Shown here: one piece after another, positions 6,987 to 20,000 of the stretch
How the letters are laid out: each line of letters begins with the position of its first letter
Numbering within the stretch: the stretch's first letter is position 1
DNA from: Spirogloea muscicola
Lineage: Eukaryota
Direction of reading: 5' to 3'
Length of the DNA stretch: 20,000 nt
NCBI GenBank assembly: GCA_009602725.1
Contig: WELB01000024.1
Coordinates: forward strand, 992,947-1,012,946
Notes under the pieces: generated by a model
What the model was told of the DNA's origin: nothing
Database searches by the model: none
Seen by the model: the letters and a program-made list of their open reading frames with translations, nothing else
Made by a program: the position numbers and the translations under genes

Positions 6987-9900
6987 ATGGCTCACTCCTC
7001 CGACGGGGACAGCGTCTTTGATATCAGCGCCAAGAAGCCTGCAGCTGAATCCTTGATGCGCTGGAGGGTAATCCCAGCACCCCACGCTCTCTCTGGCGCA
7101 CGCTCACGTCAGCGCACAGTGCTTTCTGCGATGCGAAGGGGCCTGAGGCCGTGAAAGTGCAAATGTGACTGGTTTCTCTACCCCTTAGACACCTGTTGAC
7201 AATCGAGGTCGTCCTCGACCTCACCGCGCCCTTATGGTGTGATGTGATTCGCCGTTTCACTTGTGCAGCGGCATAGTGATGGAAAGCTACGCGTTTGTCT
7301 TGTGAAGCATATTCGCATTGCTACTTGGTCTTTGAAAGCGCTCAGACTTACGGGCTAATCCTTTGTTGGCGTGGGTTTTTGGTCATCACGCAGCAAGCCA
7401 CTCTTGCCTTGAATGCCACGAGGCGCTTTCGATACACAGCGAAGCTGCAAAAAGATGACGAAGGCAAGCCAGTGCGCGATTCCAGTCAGAAGCGCTTCAG
7501 ACGATCTGCAAATGCTGCCCTGGTGAGCCTCGTTCGTCAGTTGGATGCCACTTAGAGTATGAGGTTGCTGCCTCTTTGTCAAACCCTGCCCCAGACAGCA
7601 CTTCAAGAGCACCCTGAGGCCTCTGAGCCCTTGGTCGGCAGGGGGGCTTCGTCTTGTGGCACTTGTGCAAAGCCATGCTTGATGCTAGAGTTGATACGGT
7701 TGATGAGATTCCATTTCATGATTGGCATATCCAGAAGCTCACCCAATCCAGCTGCGTGAACCAATAGGCCATACAACGCTTCAGACAAGCAGGAGTTGCG
7801 GCTGGATCACGGCGAGGCTTGGCTGAGCCACAACCTCAACGCCCAATAACAGGTCAATGCTCTACGCAAGTGCCTGCCCTCCCGCAATCGGGACATGTAT
7901 ACACTTTAGGGCAAGCTGCAAATGCTACCGTGAGGGACGTCTTGTACCTCTTGTAAGGAGAGAGTTGGCCTGAGCTGTGTATGTCTTTGGTGTCACTGTG
8001 CAGCAAATGAAACGCCAGGCCTCTTTGACGTTACTCGGGAGCAACTAAGCAACATGCTCGAGGACGATGAAAGCTCTCATCAAAAGTTGGACGCTCTGGG
8101 GGGAGTAAGTGCTTAATTGCCTCTCAGCAATTTGTAGTTCTAGCTTGAAGCTCCTCTGAAGTCTACACACATTAATTTGTAGCTAAGTCTATTGTGCTCT
8201 TCGTTGCAGGTGCCCAGTATTGTCAAGGCTGTGCAAACGGACACAGTGAGAGGTATCGGTGGAGATGCCGAGGAACTTGCCAAGAGAAAGCTACAGTTTG
8301 GCGATAATACTTATCTGACGAAGCCACCCAAGTCATTCCTGGTCTGTCTCATAGTCCTGAGCATAGTCGGCTGCCTTTCCTGCTGTTGGCCTCAGAGTCC
8401 GTGTGCTCAAATACACTTCGGGGTGCGAGAAGCTTATAAGGGTGCATGAAGAAGCAAGGTTGTTGCAGCATGTACAGTTTGTGATTTGCGTCCAGTGCTG
8501 CTAGTGTCTCCCTGGCGGACACTGGCAACCATCTATAAGATGGACAATAGATGCATTAAGATTGGAATTGACTTGCGAAGGAACTTACGAAGGAATTCAG
8601 TGAATCCTCCTTGGCCTTGAGCAGGCATTTGTTTGGGATGCAGCAAAGGATAAGACATTGATCATCTTAGCAATTTGTGCAGTTGTTTCTCTTGCAGCCG
8701 GTCTTGCCACAGATGTAAGTACATCAAAGACTTTTGTACATCTTTGTTGATTTGGTGAAGAATGGCAATGTCTTATTCTGTATACAAGTAGATACGCACA
8801 ACATTCTCCACTTTAGCATGCACACCACAGAAGTGTGAGGTTGGTAAGCCCACCCAAAAGTCAATGTTTGCCTCTTCCGAAGCCACGGAGAGGTCCAGAG
8901 CACTATACAGTCGTCTTTCACTGCAGTGCCCCTCAGTTGGTGCATAGCTGTGAGAAAAGCTATGAAAGTATGTCTTGAAGGACAACATCATCTAGTCGAT
9001 GCTTTTCTACTTAATCAGGAATTTGCTCAGCATGCCAGGCAGCTCTGCTGTGTGGCTGTAATTCACGATAGGAACCAAGGATTAATTTTGTTTTGCTCAT
9101 GAAGTCAGTGCCTGTTTTGTTTCCAGCCAAAGGAAGGGTGGTATGACGGCATCAGCATTGTTTTTGCTGTTGTGCTAGTCATTCTAGTGACAGGTATGTC
9201 AATTGGCCTCTCCTCAGGCAAGACGTGTTGTTTCTTCCAAGCCGCCTCTTTGGGCTTCTATGTACTGACCATTATCATCCCACACAACGTGCTCAAGCGG
9301 GCTCAGCGCCCGTGCATGTCACTTGCATATAGCTTCTGGACGCTTCCAGGGTTCTGTCATTGGGGTAGTTTAATGAATCGTTTAAATTGTACTGATTGCT
9401 GATTTGTTTTGATTACACTGATTGGTTGATGAAATATGTTGTTTGCTGGTTACAGCAACAAGTGACTATCGGCAGTCACTTCAGTTTCGAGATTTAGATG
9501 CTGAGAAGAAGAACATACAAGTACAGGTGAGCTTGGCATGTGTGGATTTGCAATCTCCTATGTGGACACAGACTTAGAAGGATAATCTGATGCACTTCGA
9601 TCCACTTTTGCTTCTGTCTGACAGCGGCAAAGTTTTGCGAAGCACGCCTAAGCATGGGTTTTGCGGGTAAGACTAAAGCTGAACGGTACATTGGATCTTA
9701 GCAGGATCCATCGTACATTGCTTTGTACATAACGCCCCCTTCATCTGCTGTCATTGCAGGTCGTTCGAGATGGGAGGAGGATCAAGGTCTCCATATATGA
9801 CCTTGTGGTGGGTGACGTGGTCCCTTTGGCCATAGGAGATCAGGTATGTCTATAAAAGAGTCTAATTCTGCGCATCCTTACTACAGCCTCTCATGTCAGT

Positions 9901-12900
9901 AGGAGCATGACCTGCTTGATAGAAACTTGATGGTCAATACCTAGATAACTTGATTATGTACTGCATGCCTTCCCCTGAATCCTGCAGGTCCCAGGGGATG
10001 GCCTACTTCTTACTGGTCACTCCTTGACAATTGACGAGTCCAGCATGACTGGAGAGAGCGACTATGTAATCTCCAGGCTCACTTGTCACATGATGATAGG
10101 GTCTGTTGCTATTCGTAGAGCTATTCATGGTGAGTGTATTAACTCCAGCATTGCATGGATAAAGTAACGTAGTGGTAGAACCCTGAATTGTCTAAGTCCA
10201 GGCTTGCGGGCTTGGTCTGAAGGACTGCCTCTGTGAAATTTATCCGCAGAAACACAAGGACCACAACAAACCCTTCCTGCGGTCAGGATGCAAAGTTGTC
10301 GATGGTTATGGGTCAATGCTGGTGAGTGGGTTGACTTGGTCTGCTGGCCTTAATCTACTGTATCCTTGAGGATGAGACCTGTGCAAGCTGGTCGACCTGT
10401 ACACTCCAGGTAATCCGAAGAGATGACAAAGGTCAGTGGTGTTTGTCAGAGCAGCCTTATATGTCACATTTGACTCCTTGCATTTTCTTGTCAGATTACG
10501 AGCGTTGGTATGAGTACAGAGTGGGGACGTTTGATGGCCACCATCAGTGATGACAATGCTGAGGAAACACCCTTGCAGGTGACTCACACTCCACAGATGG
10601 CTAGCAGTCAAGGGCATAGCTTTCCCAGGGCATACTACTGTTCAGGATGTGCATTTTTGGCACACCTAAAAGCTCTTACCCTCTTCTTTTGATTCTGGTG
10701 TACCAGGTGCGGCTGAACGGGGTTGCAACACAAATTGGCAAATATGGACTGATTGTGGCAGTTTTGGTCTTTGTTATACTCTTTGTTCGATATTTTGCTG
10801 ATTTCCATGGAGCAAAGGCAAAACAAAGTGCTTCGTCTACAATCAAGGATGTTGTTGACATCTTCACTGTTGCAGTAAGCATAAATCATACTGGCCTAGC
10901 CTAAGTTCTGTTGCCTATTGCCAGGCTTACTAGTGCTGGCATGAACGGCTGGCTTGACTTATACGTGTCTATATCTCTATTATTCAAGGCCGTGACATCC
11001 GGAACTTGTTGAAAGAATACTTTGTGTTTGTGCCAGGTCACTATTGTGGTAGTTGCTGTCCCAGAAGGCTTGCCTCTTGCAGTAACGTTGACGTAAGTGT
11101 GACCAGCTAATGGAGGAGTGTCTGAGCAGGACGTTCACACTTGCAAGTTAACGTGCTGTAGTCTGCCTTCTTTTATATTCTCACTTCTGGGGATATCAGA
11201 CTTCCTTGCCCTAGCTTGCATGTCCGAAGTAAGGAATATGCTTCGCGCTGTCAAGCACTCACAGCTTCTTCATTCTCGCAGGTTGGCATATTCCATGCGC
11301 AAGATGATGGCAGACAAGGCACTGGTAAGGGAGGACCACCATTTCTGACGAGAGCCATGTGCGTATGAAGGAGACATGCAAAAGTACCTGATTTGATAAG
11401 TACCTTCTAAAGATGTATTTGACTGGTCATAAATTCACAAATACAGGTGAGGAAATTGGCGGCCTGTGAGACGATGGGCTCTGCAACAGCAATATGTAGT
11501 GACAAGACTGGCACACTGACTCTCAACGAGGTTAGTCCGAGCTCTGCAGCAGGGACAATTAGGAGGATATTGCTTGCTGCAAGCAGTCATTGAGCTGCTG
11601 ATCTGTGGACTTATGTAGATTCACATATGTCCACTTTGTTTTGTTTATTGCCTCTGTTGTGCAGATGACTGTCATCAAATCTTGGACATGCGGTTGCTTC
11701 AGGGAGCTGGAAGCTGTGAAGAACATACCGCAAACTATCTTGCAAGTCAGTATCGTACACGCTTATGCTTGATGGCCGCCTATTCTAAGTACGCCAGCAA
11801 GGTGCATTCAGTCTGCCAATATTTTTTGTTTGGTTGGCCCAATTCTTTGACAAAGCAACTAGCTATCTGACAAGCAAGACCATGGTCTGTGCTGGTCAGA
11901 TTCTACTGCAAGGCATTGCTCAAAATACCAATGGGAGCGTCTTCAAACCAAAGGTTTGTTTGCACCTGCAATCTTAGTACGGCAAGAAGGAAGCTAATGT
12001 TAGTCAAATTGTTGTATTTCTTAGATGGTCACATTCAAGTGCAAAAGTGAGTCCAGTGAGTTCAATAAGTATCTCTTTCTCGCTGACTTTGCGAGAGTAC
12101 TATATTATCTCAGTGTCCATTGCTTCTGTGATCAAATGATGAACAGGATGGTGGGGAGCCTGAAATTACAGCAAGTCCTACAGAGGCAGCAGTTTTAAAG
12201 TGGGGAGTCCAGGTATTACTCAGTTCTGTGCTTGCGTGACTTGTTATGTGTTGTATGCCATTCAAGCTTGCTGGCTGGCTTCATTCCACTACATGTCATA
12301 TCTCCTGGAGCACAGTTGCAAGCATGAAGGGTTTTCTACTTTTCATGCCTCTGTATGTCCAACTTGCTTTAGTCACTCATTGTGGAGTCCTGTATCTGAG
12401 TAAGAAGGCCAGTGTTGCCGCTTATACAGTAACCTGCAGGAGCATTACCAGCCAGCTATTACTCCCGGTCATTAAGGAGGCAGCCGGTGTTACTGCCTTT
12501 TCCTTGACCTGCATTTGTAACCTGCGTCTGTCTTGTAGCTTGGCATGGATTTTGAGGCTGAGCGAGCCCAAACAACGCTTCTGGCGGTTGAGTCGTTCAA
12601 TTCAGCAAAGAAGCGGGCTGGCGTTGCAGTTCGTGTGAGTTTTCGCAAGCCCCACCACTGCCTGTTGGCAGATTTTACTTTGGAAAGCCTTGCCTTGCTG
12701 AGGTTTTCCCTGCGCATGTGACATGCTTTGCAGTTGCCAAATGGAGAGGTTCGCTTGCACTGGAAAGGCGCAGCAGAAATCGTGCTTGACATGTGCTCTT
12801 CCTTTGTGGATCAATCTGGAGAAGTGCAACCCCTGACAGGAGACAAGGTGTGTCCGAGAGATAAATTGTGTAGTGACCAGAATGGGTGCATTCTTATTCG

Positions 12901-15900
12901 TGGTCAAGGCTACAGTATATAAAATCAACTTGCGGACTCTCTGACGAATGCTCAGTGATTTGATTCTGTGCACTAGATCTTACTTGTCAGAAATTGCAAG
13001 AAGCGTCTGAAGCAAAGTACTAACCAATACAGGATGTCTAAGGTGGGTAGCCCAATTGTTCTGAATGTTGCAGATAGACCAATTGAAGGAAGACATTAGT
13101 ACAATGGCTTCTGCTTGCTTGCGCTGCCTGGCATTGGCAACTCGGACGCTATCCAGGGAAGAGGCTCCCAAAGGCCAAGAAGACGATTTGACAAATTGGA
13201 TCCTGCCAGACAGTGGCCTTACTCTACTTGCCATTGTTGGCATGAAGGTTGTCACTAGCTGTTGATTGCTGCTAGTGCTCATTGTAGATGTCATCCAATA
13301 AGTTTTGCACAATCAACATCAATGTTGGCATCATTAGATAGCAACCACCTCACTATCAAATGAGGAATTAATTTTGAAGAGAGATGTGCAGTCCCTTAGT
13401 AAATAGAATCTGGATACAGATGTGGACACTGCAGGCTAAAGAGCTCTACAATTTCATGTCTCACGTATTTGTGAAAGTGGACTTTCAGGATCCTACAAGG
13501 CCTGGGGTGCCAGAGGCTGTTGCTATCTGCCAACGTGCTGGTGTTAAGGTGAACAAACCTTACACTTTGTGCATAGAAACCAGATTGAACAATTGGTTAG
13601 TGATGCTGTCAGAATTCTGAGCTGGTGGCTGTGACTTTGTTTCCTGCTCTTTTATAAGGACTCATCCATCTAAGCTTTGATATCTCTGTTGGTCATTGAT
13701 ACAGGTTAGAATGGTAACGGGCGATAATGTAGTCACCGCAAGAGCTATTGCGCAAGAATGTGGCATTCTGACTCCAAATGGAATTGCAATTGAAGGCCGA
13801 GTATTCCGGGCTCTGAGTCCACAGGAAATGAGGCGCGTCATTCCTACCATTGACGTAAGTCTAACTCATGCACGTACACATGCTTTCAGATTGAGCAGGT
13901 ACTTATAGAAGTTGGTGACTATTACATTCTTAGTAAGTGGCACACTACTCGTACTGACCTACTCCTCTTATGCAGGTCATGGCACGTTCCTCACCCACCG
14001 ACAAGCACACCTTGGTAAAGATGCTGCGGCAAATGGGCGAAGTAGTTGGTGTGACAGGAGATGGCACCAACGATGCACCTGCCCTGCATGAGGTCCCTGT
14101 TTCTGCACTCTGCTGGATTTGAAAGTCACTTGCTCAACCTCGTCTTTCCTCATATGAGCATGCCTTCAGCCTCAGCCCATGGACTTTCAGATGGACTGCA
14201 TGATTGGAATGCTTGTGTGGACAAGTCAGTGAAGCGTACCTGGCTTGACAGTTGGGCCTCTACATCTTGTGGCACAGGCTGATATTGGCCTGGCCATGGG
14301 CATCTCGGGCACTGAAGTAGCCAAGGAAGCCTCCGACATCATCATCTTGGATGACAACTTTGCCTCGATTGTCAAGGCATGCCACAAGAACTTTATGCCA
14401 CAATTCTGGCAATTTGAGATGCTTTAATTACACATGCACTTCTTGGTACAGTAGTATATCATATGATTACACATAGATCAAGCCATCACAAGCTAGCTCC
14501 TACTGGCACACAGGTTGTGAGATGGGGCCGAGCTGTGTACGTCAATATCCAAAAGTTCTTGCAGTTCCAGCTCACTGTCAACCTTGTAGCACTGGTCATC
14601 AACTTTGTAGCTGCCGTTGGGCAAGCCATCAGCCCAGCAAAAAGTGGAGTCATCTCTGTGCCACTTAACGCTGTCCAAGTAAGTCTGCAAGTGTCCTTGC
14701 CAGTTGTGTGCTCTGCTCCACACGTCGTTTGCATCACAAGTCAGCCATCAGGAGTCATAATTAGTTTGTCCACAAACAGTGACTCCATAAAGCATGTGAT
14801 TGTTGCCTAGTTGTTAGGATCTTAATAGAGATGGACAAGCAGTGTCGCAAAGACCTACAGACTGGCTTGGCAGTACAGGGGTTGTCTATTGCAGGTTTGT
14901 AAGCGCAACATAGTAACAGCAGATTACCTGGTCTTTGCAGCTTCTGTGGATCAATCTCATCATGGACACTCTTGGTGCCCTTGCTTTGGCAACCGAGAAA
15001 CCAACAGATGAACTGATGGAGCGCAAGCCTGTTGGCAGAAGGTAGTATCTTAGTTTACCTTGATTGAGGTTGCTGTCTTTGGTCTGCACCACTTCTTTCC
15101 TTGCGATTCGTGACGTTCACAAGTTCTTATTCTGGTTGTGCAGAGAGCCTCTTATCACCAATATCATGATTCGCAACCTTCTTGGACAGGTATGCTTGCG
15201 TTAATGATAGCAGTGGATTGTTCACTTTGTGCTTTGCTACTTCTATAACAGAACATTCGGGGGACTAGAGAAACACAGGTGCATGTCATGCTGTATGCAA
15301 CTTGGGGACCTTGGTTCTCGTTGACTCGTGGGTGTGCTTGATGTGCAGGCTATATATCAGCTAGCTATATGTTTGACACTCAATTATGCTGGCAAAGAAA
15401 TATGGAATCTGCATAACAACAAGCTTGGAGGAGGCAGTGTGAAGGAGCCTATGTCCACAATAGAAAACAATACAGTCATCTTCAATGTTTTTGTATTCAT
15501 GCAGGTGAGACTGCCATGCAGGCCACCTAGCCAATGACCACAATCTCGCCCGCTTGCCTGCCCAATTCTTGAGTATCATGATGCCGGCTGTTGCCCATGA
15601 TGAGACCACCTACGTGTCAAACCTCATACTGGTGTTTGCTGTCACCTTGTTCCTCTATCTCATTTCGTACTTGTTCTGTAGGTATTCAATGAGATAAGCG
15701 CCAGAGATATGGTGCGCCTCAATGTTTTTAAAGGCATTCTGAAAAATAGGATATTCTGTACTATCATAGTTGCAACCGTGGGCGTGCAAGTAAGTTGACC
15801 TGCACACCCTGTGCGTTGCTTTCCTTATATGCAGATCTTACACCTGTGCCTTGTTGAGGGATAGCATTGCACAGGTGCCAGACTGTAGCTCATTTTCCCA

Positions 15901-16647
15901 AAGGCCTTTTACCCTTCATATTTGTTGTAAATTTTCAACTAATATGAGTTTTACTTGTGGCTCCAATTGGCAGATTCTCCTGGTAGAAGTTGGATTCTTG
16001 CACAAATTTGCAACGACGACCAGCCTAGATTGGCAGGAGTGGTTGTTTTGCGTGGTTGCTGGTGTTCTTGCGTGAGCTTGACTTGACCTCGCCTGTAGTG
16101 AAGCCTTGTGGTTGAAAAGAATGCCTACTTATGCAGTAAGCTGCCTGAAGCTCAAGGGCTCTTATACGTGTCGAAGAGGTTGCTGATTGCCTCGTGCCTT
16201 CATCTTGAACTGTTTTTGTGCAGATTGCCATTGGCCATGCTAGTCAAGCTCATACCTGTTCCAAAGAAGGAGCTGTTTGCTACTATCAAAACGCCAAGAT
16301 TCCTGAAATTCAGGAAGAAGAAGATGAGAGCAGAAAATGATGATGCAGATGCAGCAACTGGTCAGTACGAAAGCAATACATGCCTATGCCTCGAAGAGTA
16401 TCATGTTGGCCACGGTTGTCATGTTGGCCAAGTTGATTGCATTGATTGTCACAATGGACTGTACAATGCTTAGGCAGCTCCATACACTTTCTCAAAGACA
16501 TGTTCATGTGATGCAGTGGAAGATGCAGCCACCAACGATTCATTGCAAGATTCGTCTTTCAATCGAGCTGGCAAGCCAAGCCTGAACACTGGTGCACCAC
16601 TTGAGAACGGCAACGGCAGTTTACCAAGTAGAATGGCTGTTCCATAG
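6987..16647 (+). CDS. ACA: Autoinhibited calmodulin-stimulated P2B-type Ca2+-transporting ATPase (plant ACA8/9/10-like), 34 exons, about 1125 aa
   Basis: Manual exons: 6987-7067, 7394-7522, 7768-7852, 8004-8104, 8210-8341, 8625-8714, 9127-9193, 9456-9526, 9760-9843, 9988-10065, 10250-10321, 10495-10578, 10707-10874, 11037-11092, 11282-11324, 11447-11530, 11665-11745, 11900-11953, 12147-12212, 12539-12634, 12734-12847, 13074-13247, 13489-13548, 13705-13854, 13976-14092, 14278-14376, 14514-14678, 14941-15041, 15144-15189, 15349-15504, 15682-15789, 15974-16071, 16224-16360, 16517-16647 (3378 nt, phases consistent). Motifs: N-terminal [81 protein letters not shown]. Exon 3 and the last exon are the least certain. 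Confidence 0.95.
14377..14513 (+). other. GC-AG intron in the ACA gene
   Basis: The conserved [15 protein letters not shown] junction requires donor AAG|GCATGC and acceptor CACAG|GTT. No GT alternative preserves the conserved sequence. Confidence 0.85.
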
Positions 16648-16921
16648 GGATCCAGTAGGGCTCCACCGTAGTGTACACTCGACACAACCCTTTAATTGGC
16701 TTAGGCGTCAGATTCTGCAGCAAGGCACTGTAGCTGTATGCTATTATTGATTTGCAACCCGGCATTCACGGGCAAAATTTTTAGGAATTCATTTGATGCG
16801 TTGAGCGAAGACACTAACTGCTCGTACACTGTCATACAGCTGGCCATGGGGATACCTGGCCCTGTTGTGGCAGAGTCTCTTGTAAAGAGCGCTACAAGCA
16901 AGCCCACGGCCAATTTGGTGC

Positions 16922-20000
<3,079 letters not shown>

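Noticed and set aside
6101..6988. Long overlapping ORFs (up to 268 aa) in the GC-rich region
   Set aside because: Pro/Arg/Ala low-complexity translations in all frames, as expected from GC content, with no domain signal.
13260..13318. 9-bp inverted repeat TGTTGATTG/CAATCAACA in an ACA intron (MITE or miRNA candidate)
   Set aside because: The internal sequence does not pair extensively and the element is too short to support a call.
16361..16473. Cys/His-rich alternative ACA C-terminus by intron read-through
   Set aside because: A plausible donor (G|GTCAGT) and a downstream in-phase exon exist; the Cys/His richness derives partly from a small TCATGTTGGCCA duplication, and there is no transcript evidence.

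Overview
Eukaryotic, intron-rich DNA, most likely from a green plant lineage (streptophyte alga-like; inferred from the ACA gene). It has three parts. (1) 1-6.25 kb is a cluster of one family of RLE-type (CRE-clade-like) non-LTR retrotransposons. It contains one large decayed minus-strand copy (RT, Cys/His knuckle and restriction-like endonuclease, running off the left edge) and at least four 5'-truncated 3'-end fragments in both orientations, sharing a C-terminus like 'SDLxLLxRGY*'. About 11 copies of a GGGCTGG-loop-CCAGCCC 3'-terminal hairpin are present, three of them in tandem at 64-65 bp spacing. (2) 6987-16647 (+) is a complete 34-exon autoinhibited P2B Ca2+-ATPase (ACA8/9/10-like, about 1125 aa by my manual splicing) with one GC-AG intron. 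(3) 16922-19878 (-) is a convergent CDPK-related Ser/Thr kinase with an intact catalytic core but a degenerate EF-hand region. Its 5' end is cut off by a run of at least 122 A at the window edge. No rRNA, tRNA or CRISPR was seen. All gene models were assembled by eye and no database search was run.
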